From Octopus sinensis (taxonomy: Eukaryota): DNA of 21,489 nucleotides. The notes beneath the pieces were generated by a model. The model was not told the DNA's origin. It saw only the letters and a program-made list of their open reading frames with translations, and did no database searches. The position numbers and the translations under genes are program-made. Positions 1 through 9,378 of the stretch are shown here, piece by piece. The stretch covers positions 1-21,489 of the forward strand of contig NW_021823755.1 of NCBI RefSeq assembly GCF_006345805.1, read 5' to 3'. Numbering within the stretch: position 1 is the stretch's first letter; each line of letters starts with the position of its first letter.

Positions 1-78
1 ACCACAACGCACCACGGGAATCGAACTCACAACCTTACGATCGTGAGCTGAATACCCTAACCCACTAATCCACGCGCC
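1..78 (-). mobile_element. tRNA-derived SINE head, cut by the window start
   Basis: Minus strand reads GGCGCGTGGATTAGTGGG (A-box-like) ... GGTTGTGAGTTCGATTCCC (B box). It does not close a tRNA acceptor stem and runs into other sequence. Confidence 0.7.
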
Positions 79-94
79 TTCGTGTGGTGTTGCG

Positions 95-307
95 TATGTG
101 TGTGTGTGTATACACATCTATTTCTGTATGTCTTCGTATTTATCCGCCACCACCGTTTGACAACTGGTGCTGGTTTGTTTACATCCCCCTATACAGACTG
201 CTGGAATAAGTATCAAAAGTTAAAAGATAAATACTGTGGCCGATCTGTTCGACTAAAAACCCTTTAAAAGCAGTGCCCCCGAGCTGACCGCAGTCCAGTG
301 ACTGAAA
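95..307 (+). mobile_element. Diverged 3' half of SINE family B
   Basis: Aligns by eye to the 3' half of the family B copy at 10675-11083 (TTGACAAC..GGTGCTGG..TTTAC..AATAAGTA..TCGACTAAA..CCGCAGTC..GACTGAAA). Confidence 0.7.
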
Positions 308-321
308 TTGTTGTATGTAGT

Positions 322-816
322 GCCTTCGGTCATGAATGACCATGGGTGATTGCACCTAGAAATTTACCCTCCGAGGCACACGTCTGGGCAAATTGTTTAT
401 GGAAGACCAGCAGTCGCCCACGCATACCAGCCTCCCTCTCCACGCCACCGATGTTATCCAAGGTAAGGCAAGGCCGATCAGCCTGGCACCTGTGACGTCG
501 CAACTCATTTATTAACGTGCAAGTGGCTGAGCACTTCAGAGACACGTGTACCCTTAACGTAGTTCTCGGGGAGATTCAGCGTGGCACAGAGTGTTATAAA
601 GCTGGCCCTTTGAAATACAGGTACAACAGAAACAGGAAGAAATAGTGAGAGAAAGTTGTGGTGAAAGAGTGCAACAGGGTTCACCACCACCCACCCCTGC
701 CGAGCGAGCTCGTAGAGCTTTAGGTGTTTTCGCTCATATAACACTCACAATGTCCGGTCTGGGAATCGAAACCGCGATCCTACGACCGCGAGTCCGCTGC
801 CCTAACCACTGTGCCA
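322..816 (-). mobile_element. SINE family A with tail type 1
   Basis: tRNA-like head (TGGCACAGTGGTTAGGGCAGCGGACTCGCGGTCGTAGGATCGCGGTTTCGATTCCCAGACC) and body shared with 6353-6730 up to GCACGTTAAT, followed by a different tail of about 190 bp (322-510). Confidence 0.85.
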
Positions 817-848
817 GTGAGTGAAATAAGTAAAAGATAAAAGACATA

Positions 849-1860
849 CGAAGCCTGATCAAAAGGTATAGGAACCGGTGCTATAATAAGTAAGCAACAA
901 CATATATCAATTCGGTATTCAATCTCCTTCGAAGTAGTCCCCTTCTGAATCCACGCGCTTTATCCAGCGTCGTTTCCATTGACGGAAGCATTGCTGGAAC
1001 TCCTGGAACTCCTCTGTTGCAATAGCATGGTTCATGGTCTCAAGAATTTGTCTTATGAAGAAAGGCTGAAGACGCTCGACCTTTATTCTCTAGAAAAACG
1101 CCGCCGCCGTGGTGATCTCATTCTCGCTCACAACATCATAAGCGGAAAGTGTAACCTCTCGAAAGAGCTGTTCTTCACTCCTGCTCCAAGAGCGTCGGCT
1201 GCGGGGTCATTCCGAAAAGCTCTACCTGCGACGATTTCGTCTCAATCGAAGGAGAGGAGCTTTCTCCGTCCGGGTTGCGGATCCGCGGAACAAGCTGCCA
1301 GACGAGATGGTGAAGATGCCGACGACCGCTTTGTTCAAAGTCTCCCTTGACCTCAAGTGGCCTGAACTCTTTACATGAACACCACCCTGTACTTAACTCC
1401 ATGTCCCCCTACATGGCCTTGCTTTTTGCTTTTGAGCCAAAAATTAACTAACTAACTAACTAATAGCGAACAGCTTCATCATCACATTCTCTTAGATTTC
1501 CTCAACGTCTTCAAATCTTGTTCCTTCTAAATCGGGTGTGATTTTTGCCTTGGTTTCGGTGTCATAGCCACAGACTCATGATTCGTCATTTGTTATGACT
1601 GTTTTCATAAAGTTTTCGCCTTCCTCGCCACAACCAATGAGATCCCGTACAGCAGAAAACCAATCTTCATTTAGAGAAGTCCTCACTTTACACTCGTTAC
1701 TTCCAAACAGTGCAATTAACAACGGAAGCGAGCGGGAACGTTATGACTTAATATGCATGTGCGACAGAGTTTAAGGCCAGTCTGTGCCAAGCGATTTTAC
1801 TCAGCGTACTTTAGCTCCGTAACTATAGCAACAGTTCCGATACTTTTTGATCAGACCTAT
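849..1860 (-). mobile_element. Internally deleted mariner (DD34D-type) DNA transposon, interrupted by a CR1 insertion
   Basis: Imperfect TIRs of about 38 bp (TA-CGAAGCCTGATCAAAAGGTATAGGAAC vs reverse complement of the right end GGTCTGATCAAAAAGTATCGGAAC) flanked by TA. Minus-strand translation gives ENFMKTVITNDES*VCGYDTETK (first catalytic Asp motif, cf. IITGDETWVYGYDPETK) joined to LEGTRFEDVEEI*...QQCFRQWKRRWIKRVDSEGDYFEGD* (mariner C-terminus). Confidence 0.9.
1027..1461 (+). mobile_element. 5'-truncated CR1-clade LINE fragment (ORF2 C-terminus, 3' UTR, (TAAC)n tail)
   Basis: MVHGLKNLSYEERLKTLDLYSLEKRRRRGDLI..., then after a +1 frameshift near 1189 ERRLRGHSEKL...FSVRVADPRNKLP...FKVSLD...*(stop 1376-1378). 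These are typical CR1 ORF2 end motifs. The tail is AACTAACTAACTAACT, and AATAGC is duplicated at 1021-1026 and 1462-1467. Confidence 0.92.
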
Positions 1861-2211
1861 ATATACGCATATTGATGTGTGTGTGAGAGAGAGACAGACA
1901 GACAGAACGAGGAGGAAAAGAAGATTGAATACAATTGGAGGCGGTATGCATAATTAAACTTATTTCCTAAATAAGTATAAAATGTAAACAGGATGCTTTG
2001 GGACTGAGACATTTCCGAGAGGGTTCAGCGTAAAATTACTAATTTCTAAAATAAGTACAAAACGATAAATTTTGCGTGGGAATTAAAATTTGAACTTTAA
2101 CACTAACACTTCACAGTTTCTTTTATCGACAAACATATAATCTTTTCTCGGAATATGAATTGAAATCGTAAAGGGGCGAAAATATATATTACTCAATATA
2201 TTTTATCTATA

Positions 2212-2521
2212 GTGGAGGTGCAATGGCCCAGTGGTTAGGGCAGCGGACTCGCGGTTGTAGGATCGCGGTTTCGATTTTCAGACCGGGCATTGTGAGTGTT
2301 TATTGAGCGAAAACACCTAAAGAACCACGAGGCTCCGGCAGGGGGTGGTGGCGATCCCTGCTGAACTCATTCGCCACAACTTCTCTCACTCTTTCTTCTG
2401 TTGACCGGCACGCTTAGCCAGCGGGGTGGCGTCATTTGAAGGCTAAAACAATGCGAAGCGCATTGTGACCAGCGATGTGTAGCAACATCTGATAGCCTGG
2501 TCGGTCAAGGCGATCACGGTG
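2212..2521 (+). mobile_element. SINE family A with tail type 3 and a 12-bp target-site duplication
   Basis: Head GGAGGTGCAATGGCCCAGTGGTTAGGGCAGCGGACTC... The tail ends CGATCACGGTG. Flanks are ATTTTATCTATA (2200-2211) and ATTTTGTCTATA (2522-2533). Confidence 0.88.
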
Positions 2522-2540
2522 ATTTTGTCTATAACAAACA

Positions 2541-2757
2541 ACCCTTGACAGAATTGTTAGCACGTAGAACAAAATACTTCGCGGCATTTCTCCCGGTCAT
2601 ACGTTCTGAGTTCAAATTCCGCCGCGGTAGACTTTTCCTTTTATTTTTTCGGGGTCAATGAAATAAGTACTAGTTGAGCATTGGGGTCGATGTAATCATC
2701 TAGGTCCCTCCCACCAAATTTTAGGCCTCGTGTCTTTGGTAGAAAGGGTTCTTATTA
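2541..2757 (+). mobile_element. Diverged SINE family M copy
   Basis: GTTAGCACG...GTTCTGAGTTCAAATTCCGCCG...TTTCGGGGTCAATGAAATAAGTAC...GGGGTCGATGTAATC matches the reverse complement of the array units at 3855-5453. Confidence 0.8.
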
Positions 2758-2959
2758 CTAAGGCAGCAAAAGACGATGAGTTGGCAGAATCGTTAGCGAA
2801 CAGGATAGAACAGGATAAAACAGAGAATACGATTGGTTAAAATTCGAAGAATTAAACTACGTAAAAGTTACAAAATACATTTTTCTCAAAAAAAACTAAT
2901 TGAAATTAATGTTTTCTTTTGACACATTCTACCAGTATACGAAGTTTCAAATTATTTAG

Positions 2960-3265
2960 TTAAGTAGAAAATTCTGTCCATCTTTTAGAAAAGATCCCAG
3001 ATGTGCTACCTAAGATTAATTTTGAGGATCTGATCAAAGACTTTGCAATTCAAAAAGGTAGGAGGAAACTTTTCAAATATAAATAAAGAGGAAGTATACA
3101 AAAATAAACATTTATATTCCATCTTTTTGTTTTGTATCGTTTTGATAAATAAAAATTTATTTTATGGTTTGTTATTGTTTATATTTTGAATTACATAATC
3201 TTTTATGAGGTGCCACCTGAATCTTTTAAGTGCTTAGGGCCTCAATGGGTCTTAATCCAACCTTC

Positions 3266-3267
<2 letters not shown>
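2960..3267 (+). mobile_element. hAT-superfamily (Tip100/Zaphod-like) 3' remnant: transposase C-terminus plus decayed terminal repeat
   Basis: 2985-3086 translates LEKIPDVLPKINFEDLIKDFAIQKGRRKLFKYK*, resembling the hAT C-terminal 'DFEDLIxDFAxxKxRK' motif. It ends in GGGCCTCAATGGGTCTTAATCCAACCTTCTG, resembling the TTAATCCGGCCCTG terminus. Confidence 0.7.
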
Positions 3268-3297
<30 letters not shown>

Positions 3298-3305
3298 TGT
3301 GTGTG

Positions 3306-3352
<47 letters not shown>

Positions 3353-3370
3353 CGTGCGTGCGCGTGTGTA
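3267..3370. repeat. (TG)n/(TGCG)n microsatellite
   Basis: Direct reading. Confidence 0.97.
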
Positions 3371-3371
3371 T

Positions 3372-3576
3372 TTCAACACCGCTTGACAAACGAAGCTGGT
3401 ATGTTTACGGTCCCGTACCTTAGCGGTTTGGCGAAAACAGGAAAAGAAAATAATAAAGGCTTACAAGAAAGATAATACTTAATGCTGTGGTAGATTTGTT
3501 CTTCTAAAATTCCTTAAGGCGTGTGCTCCAACAAGGCCGCAGACTAATGACTGAAACAAATAATAAAAAAAATAAT
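3372..3576 (+). mobile_element. Diverged 3' half of SINE family B
   Basis: GCTTGACAA..CTTAGCGGTT..GGCTTACAA..GGCCGCAG..GACTGAAAC follows the family B 3' half. Confidence 0.7.
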
Positions 3577-3750
3577 GATAAAAGAGTCCTAGCTGAAGTT
3601 ATGGCCTTTGATAGTAGGTTAAGTGACATGCTATCGGAACCCCAAACGGCAACAATAGAAGGGCAGTTGACAGGATGCAGTAGCCTTGAGATTAACATTT
3701 TTGAAATGCTTTTTCGATCTCTAAAGGAACGAGATGACAGACGCCTGGCA

Positions 3751-3843
3751 CCGCCTACGCAGATTGCCAATGATTAAAACGAACGGAATGTAGCAATCTC
3801 TTTCTGCCCTGTCTGTTGTTCTGCTCTGTTTACATACCGAATA
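3751..3843 (+). repeat. Diverged direct repeat of about 92 bp, copy 1 (copy 2 at 5449-5540)
   Basis: CCGCCTACGCAGATTGCCAATGATTAAAACGA...TTTCTGCCCTGTCTG...TGTTTACATAC vs CCGCCTACGCAAATTACTAATGATTAATACGA...TTTCTGTCCTGTCTG...TGTTTACATAC. Confidence 0.8.
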
Positions 3844-3854
3844 CATTTTTTCTG

Positions 3855-5453
3855 CTCTAGGTAGGCACAAGGCCCGAAATTTTGGAGGGGGGGGGGGGCA
3901 GTCGATTAGATCGACCTCAGTACGCAACTGGTACTTATTTTTATCGACTGCGAAAGGATGAAAGGCAAAATCGACCTTGGCGGAATTTGAACTCAGAACG
4001 TAAAGACAGACGAAATACCTATTTCTTTATTGCCCATAAACATAGGGGCTAAACATAGAGGGGACAAACAAGGACAGACATAGGTATTAAGTCGATTACA
4101 TCGACCCAGTTCGTAACTGGTACTTAATTTATCGACCCCGAAAGGATGAAAGGCAAAGTCGACGTCGGCGGAATTTGAACTCAGAACGTAAAGACAGACG
4201 AAATACCTATTTTTTTTTTATTACCCACAAGGGGCTAAACACAGAGGGGACAAACAAGGACAGACATAGGTATTAAGTCGATTACATCGACCCCAGTGCG
4301 TGATGGTACTTAATTTATCGACCCCGAAAGGGATGAAAGGCAAAATCGACCTTGGCGGAATTTGAACTCAGAACGTAAAGACAGACCGCATCATACCTAT
4401 TTCTTTATTGCCCATAAACATAGGGCTCTAACATAGAGGGGACAAACAAGGACAGACATAGGTATTAAGTCGATTACATCGACCCCAGTTTGTAACTGGT
4501 ACTTAATTTATCGACCCCGAAAGGATGAAAGGCAAAGTCGACCTCGGCGGAATTTGAACTCAGAACGTAAAGACAGACGAAATACCTATTTTTTTTTTAT
4601 TACCCACAAGGGGCTAAACACAGAGGAGACAAACAAGGACAGACATAGGTATTAAGTCGATTACATCGACCCCAGTGCGTGACTGGTACTTAATTTATCG
4701 ACCCCGAAAGGATGAAAGGCAAAATCGACCTCGGCGGAATTTGAACTCAGAATGTAAAGACAGACGAAATACCGTTAAGCATTTCACCCGGTGTGCTAAC
4801 GTTTCTTATTTCTTTATTGCCCACAAGGGGCTAAACATAGAGGGGGCAAACAAGGTCAGACAAAGGAATTAAGTCGATTACATCGACCCTAGTGTGTAAC
4901 TGATACTTAATTTATCGACCCCGAACAGATGAAAGGCAAAGTCGATATCGGCAGAATTTGAACTCAGAATGTAAAGATAGACGAAATACCTATTTCTTTA
5001 CTAGCCACAAGGAGGTGCAATGGCCCAGTGGTTAGGGTAGCGGACTCGTGGTCGTAGGATCGCGGTTTCGATTCCCAGACCGGGCGTTGTGAGTGTTTTT
5101 TGAGCGAAAACACCTAAAAGCTCCACGAGGCTCCGGCAGGGAGTGGTGATCCCTGCTGTATTCTTTCACCAAAATGGCGGTGCCCCAGCATGGCCACAGC
5201 TCGTGAGCTGAAACTAGATAAAATAAAATAAAATAAAAAAAGGGGCTAAACACACAGAGGACAAACAAGGACAGACAAACGGATTAAGTCGATTATATCG
5301 ACCCCCAGTGCGTAACTGGTACTTATTTAATCGACCCCGAAAGGATGAAAGGTAAAGACGACCTCGGCAGAATTTGAACTCAGAACGTAGCGGTAGATGA
5401 AATACTGCTAAGCATTTCGCCCGGCGTGCTAACGTTTCTGCCAGCTCGCCGCC
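3855..5453 (-). repeat. Head-to-tail tandem array of about 7 SINE family M units (about 185-220 bp)
   Basis: Unit boundaries at 4020, 4208, 4398, 4587, 4807 and 4991, most at the junction GAAATACC|TATTT. Each unit carries B box GAGTTCAAATT and core GCCTTTCATCCTTTCGGGGTCGATAAATTAAGTACCAG on the minus strand. Only the last unit has the complete head (to about 5453). Confidence 0.93.
5011..5240 (+). mobile_element. Chimeric SINE (family A head plus family B-variant 3' end) inserted into an array unit
   Basis: 5011-5171 is the family A head and body. 5172-5240 is AAATGGCGGTGCCCCAGCATGGCCACAGCTCGTGAGCTGAAACTAGA plus (TAAAA)n. The host unit is split at CCACAAGG|GGCTAAAC with a short AAGG duplication. 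Confidence 0.85.
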
Positions 5454-5540
5454 TACGCAAATTACTAATGATTAATACGACTCCGAAAGTAGCACTCACT
5501 TTCTGTCCTGTCTGCTCTGCTGTTTACATACTACTGAATA
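5449..5540 (+). repeat. Diverged direct repeat of about 92 bp, copy 2
   Basis: See 3751-3843. Confidence 0.8.
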
Positions 5541-5574
5541 ATGCCACACATAGAAGAAACTAGGCACGTGGCCG

Positions 5575-5622
5575 GTAGTAGTAGTAGTAGTAGTAGTAGT
5601 AGAAGAAGTAATAGTAGTAGTA

Positions 5623-5698
<76 letters not shown>

Positions 5699-5777
5699 CC
5701 GCAGCAGTAGTAGTAGTAGTAGTAGTAGTTAGTAGTAGTAGTAGTGGTGGTGGTGGTGGTAGTAGTAGTAGTAGTAA

Positions 5778-5813
<36 letters not shown>

Positions 5814-5850
5814 AACGGTGATGGTGGTGGCGGTGGTTGTGGTGGTGGTG
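5575..5850. repeat. Compound trinucleotide microsatellite (TAG)n-(TGG)n-(TAG)n-(GAT)n-(GGT)n
   Basis: Direct reading. It explains the poly-S, poly-T and poly-M ORFs. Confidence 0.97.
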
Positions 5851-6107
5851 ATCTTGCTGATGTTACCAACTGTTGTTAACACTAAGTCATCCTTGACTAA
5901 GCATACCCCACCCGGGGTACAACACATTCCACTAATATTATTTCGTTTTCTTTTTTTTTTGCTTTTTTTTTAGTTTTTTTTCAGACCCAAATTACTGTTT
6001 TCAGACCATAAGTAAGTTTGGCTGCTATTTCTAGCAATTTGAGCAACCCCTCGGTGACTTCACGAAAAGTTTTAAGTTTTCCGGGGAGGGGAAATAAGAG
6101 AATCATT

Positions 6108-6221
6108 TCTTTTTTATCTTCTTTTACTTATTTCAGTCATTTGACTGCGGCCCAGGACTTATTCTTTGTAAGCCTAGTACTTGGAAAGCAAGCTTCTCAC
6201 CACACAGCCACGACTGCGCCT
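6108..6221 (-). mobile_element. Doubly internally deleted SINE family B (about 115 bp)
   Basis: Minus strand: head AGGCGCAGTCGTGGCTGTGTGGTGAGAAGCTTGCTTTCC, joined to AAGTACTAGGCTTACAAAGAATAAGTCCTGGG, joined to CCGCAGTCAAATGACTGAAATAAGTAAAAG. Confidence 0.8.
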
Positions 6222-6227
6222 ACTCTA

Positions 6228-6326
6228 TTACTTCCTTCAGTCATCCGACTGCGGCCATGCTGGAGCATCGCCTTGAAGGGTTTTAGTCGGACAAATTGAC
6301 TCCAGGTCTTATTTCTTAAGTCTAGT
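6228..6326 (-). mobile_element. SINE family B-like 3' end fragment
   Basis: CAGTCATCCGACTGCGGCCATGCTGGAGCATCGCC is the reverse complement of the family B terminal segment. Confidence 0.75.
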
Positions 6327-6352
6327 CTCTATCAGTCTACTACTGCTGAAGC

Positions 6353-6730
6353 GGAGGCGCAATGGCCTAGTGGTTAGGGCAGCGGACTCAGGGTCGTAGG
6401 ATCGCGGTTTCGATTCCCAGACCGGGCGTTGTGAGTGTTTATTGAGCGAAAACACCTGAAGTTCCACGAGGCTCCGCCAGAGGAGGGTGGTGGTGAACTC
6501 TGCTGTATTCTTTCACCACAATATTCTCTCCTTCTTTCCTGTTTCTGTTGTACCTGTATTTCAAAGGGGCCAGCCTTATCACACAGTGTCACGCTGGATC
6601 TCCCCGAGAACTTCATTAAGGGTACACGTGTCTGTGGAGTGCTCAGCCACTTGCACGTTAATTTCACGAACAAGCTGTTCCGTTGATCGGATCAACTGGA
6701 ACCAGCGTCGTTGCAACCGACGGAGTGCCA
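6353..6730 (+). mobile_element. Full-length SINE family A with tail type 2
   Basis: GGAGGCGCAATGGCCTAGTGGTTAGGGCAGCGGACTC...GTTTCGATTCCCAGACC head, shared body, and tail TTCACGAACAAGCTGTTCCGTTGATCGGATCAACTGGAACC...CGGAGTGCCA. Confidence 0.9.
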
Positions 6731-6904
6731 CCAATCGCCGAACCGCTAAGTTCAGGGACCGTAAATACACACACACACACACACACAATATTGACTGAGT
6801 TCCGCTATTAGACTTCCAGATCAAGAGAAATTCATTCGTATCAATGCCAAGCACTGTTTAAGCATAAACTCAAGTTGAATTTGCCTATAGAGGTTCAAAT
6901 ATGT

Positions 6905-7032
6905 CACAAACCACATGGTTCTGGGTTCAGTCCCACTGCGTGGCACATTTGGCAAGTATCTTCTTCCATACCCTTGGGCCGACAAAAGCCTTGTGAGTGA
7001 ATTTGGTAGACGGAAACTGGAAGAAGCCCGTC
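6905..7032 (+). mobile_element. SINE family B 5' part
   Basis: ACCACATGGTTCTGGGTTCAGTCCCACTGCGTGGCAC..TGGCAAGTATCTT...GGTAGACGGAAACTGGAAGAAGCCCGTC. Confidence 0.85.
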
Positions 7033-7117
7033 TGCTAATGGACTGATGTATAGATGTGTACATGCATGCATGCATGTATGTATGTATGTATGTATGTATG
7101 TATGTACGTATGTATGT

Positions 7118-7472
7118 CATGGCAATCTGTCGGTTACAACGACGACGGTTCCAGTTGATTCGATTAACGGAACAGTCTGCTCGTGAAATTAACGCGCAAG
7201 TGGCTGAGCACTCCACAGACACGTATACTCTTAACGTAATTCTCGGGGAGATTCAGCGTGACACAGTGTGACAAAGCTGGCCCATTAAAATACAGGTGAA
7301 ACAGAAAGAAAGAGTGAGAGAAAGTTGTGGTAAAAGAGTACAGCAGGATTTGCCACCACTCCCGGAGCACCGTGGAGCTTTAGGTGTTTTCGCTCAATAA
7401 ACACTCACAACGCCTGGTCTGGGAATCGAAATCGCGATCCCACGACTGCAAATCCGCTGCCATTGGGCCTCC
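7118..7472 (-). mobile_element. SINE family A with tail type 2, inverted relative to 6353-6730
   Basis: Reverse complement of the 6353-6730 copy, with a deletion in the A-box region of the head. Confidence 0.88.
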
Positions 7473-7476
7473 ACGC

Positions 7477-7740
7477 TATGTGTATGATGTATGTAATGTA
7501 TGTATGTATGTATGTATGTATATATATTCTATATATATCTATATATATATATATATATATATCTATATATATATATTGTATGTATGTATGATATATATAT
7601 ATATATTAAATATATATTATATATATATACATACATATATATATATATATATATCATATATATGTATATATGTATGTATATATATATATGTATATATCTA
7701 TATTATATTATATATGTATAAGATATATGTGTGTATGTAT
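7477..7740. repeat. (TATG)n/(TA)n microsatellite tract
   Basis: Direct reading. Confidence 0.95.
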
Positions 7741-7869
7741 ATCTCACTCTCCACCTCATCTCCCCTCTCTACACTACACCATACGACATTACACATCACA
7801 TCATACAACATACATACACACGTCCAGACCTTTCATACGCACCATATACTCTCTCATACACACACGCAC

Positions 7870-8080
7870 CCTTATGTTGGGGCGAAGTCATTTGACCCTG
7901 TTATCTCCCCTATTTTCGGTTTTGCGTCTCATGTTTGGTCTCTGACTTCTGGCCAGAATCGCCATGTTGAATCGCTAGCTTCTGCACGCATTTTTTTTCT
8001 CTCCTTGTTTCTCTCGTGTTTCTTTTCTGTGTATCTTTCTGTTGAAGAGCGTAGGCTCGAAACGTGAAAGACTTGTTTTA
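7870..8080 (+). mobile_element. Penelope-like pseudo-LTR remnant between microsatellites
   Basis: Pyrimidine-rich block ending in a minimal hammerhead-like motif (8034-8071), flanked by simple repeats. This architecture is known for Penelope-like element termini. Confidence 0.55.
8034..8071 (+). ncRNA. Variant minimal type I hammerhead-like motif (probably inactive as written)
   Basis: TCTTT-CTGTTGA-A-GAGC(GTAG)GCTC-GAAA-CG-TG-AAAGA. Helix I is 5 bp and helix II is 4 bp. The core has A6 changed to U and the cleavage triplet is GUG. Confidence 0.55.
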
Positions 8081-8084
8081 TATG

Positions 8085-8107
8085 TATATATGTATGTACA
8101 TATATAT

Positions 8108-8206
<99 letters not shown>

Positions 8207-8262
8207 GATATATATATATATATCTATATATATATATATATATATATGATATTATATTATAT
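8085..8262. repeat. (TA)n microsatellite
   Basis: Direct reading. Confidence 0.97.
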
Positions 8263-8264
8263 TA

Positions 8265-8580
8265 AATTAGAGATAAAACCACTATTAGGCAAATCAAACA
8301 GTGACAAATCATAACCAATACGTAGAAATAAAATTAATTAAAAATAAAAAAAAATATAAAATATAAAATATATATGTCCCATTAAAATTTTAAATTAAAG
8401 TTAAAATTTTAAAAATTATTTAATTAATAAATTAACACTTATAAATTTTAAATATATATATATATTTATTATTATTTATTTATTTGTTTATATAATATAT
8501 TATTTATACTATAAAATTAGATTAATCCTAAATCTAATTTTTCCCTGTAAGTTTGGATTTACTCCCTAATATTTTATTAT
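8265..8580. mobile_element. AT-rich element between (TA)n tracts, termini shared with 14805-14910
   Basis: Left end TTAGAGATAAAACCACTATT matches TTAGAGACAAAACCACTATT at about 14888. Right end ATCTAATTTTTCCCTGTAAGTTTGGATTTACTCCCTAATA is the reverse complement of 14806-14850. Confidence 0.7.
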
Positions 8581-8596
8581 TATTATATATATATAT

Positions 8597-8650
<54 letters not shown>

Positions 8651-8808
8651 CTAATAAGTAAGGGCTAAAGAAAATATTTCAAAGCCAATATGCTGATGAT
8701 AGACTATTAAATCGTCAATTTCCACATATAGTCTACTCGCTACAGCAAAAAAAAATCGAAGAACTGAAGTCGGGCAAACTGAATGTTAGAATTTCTAAAT
8801 TTCGTTAT

Positions 8809-8868
8809 CTCTATATTGAATCAACTTCGGAATTAATCTCATAAAAGATTTATTCGTCTTCAGTAGAG
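8809..8868 (-). ncRNA. Type I hammerhead fold, antisense arm copy (A15.1 to G substitution)
   Basis: Reverse complement of 9379-9438 but reads GAAG instead of GAAA. Confidence 0.6.
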
Positions 8869-9378
8869 CTTACGAGAGAATATAAATAAGATACTTACAT
8901 GCGCCCATGGAAAAAAATACGAAGCAAAAAACATGAGTACACTTAAGTACCCCAGTTATATCTAAAAATAAAACTTCTTTGGTCAGCCTCAGTACAACGT
9001 GTTGACTGCTTGCCACCACAGGTTATAGTGGTTACCAGTCCCTATAGCGAGTAGTAATAAGTCTACTACTAATATAGGATGAAGTTTTTTTCTCTATAGA
9101 AAAAGATTCCATCAAGAAATGTGGCAGCATATTAAAATACCTTTACGGTTAAAATTATAAACAACTTATAAGTAAGGGCTAAAGAAAATTATTTCAAAGC
9201 CAATATGCTGATCATAGACTATTAAATCGTCAATTTCTAACAGTCAACACGTTGTACTGAGGCTGACCAAAGAAGTTTTATTTTTAGATATAACTGGGGT
9301 ACTTAAGTGTACTCATGTTTTTTGCTTCGGCTTTTTCCATGGGCGCATGTAAGTATCTTATTTATATTCTCTCGTAAG

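Noticed and set aside
979-1350. 123-aa ORF as a host gene
   Set aside because: It is a chance fusion of antisense mariner sequence (979-1026) with CR1 ORF2 that goes out of frame after about 1189.
2214-2290. tRNA genes at SINE heads (also 1-78, 730-816, 5011-5090, 6353-6430)
   Set aside because: A and B boxes are present, but there is no closed acceptor stem and each continues into a shared SINE body.
3523-3777. 84-aa ORF MLQQGRRLMTETNN...
   Set aside because: It starts within a SINE 3' end, has no recognisable motif, and I see no splice or codon support.
3855-5453. CRISPR-like or coding tandem repeat
   Set aside because: Units are whole SINE bodies without unique spacers, the context is eukaryotic, and there are no cas genes.
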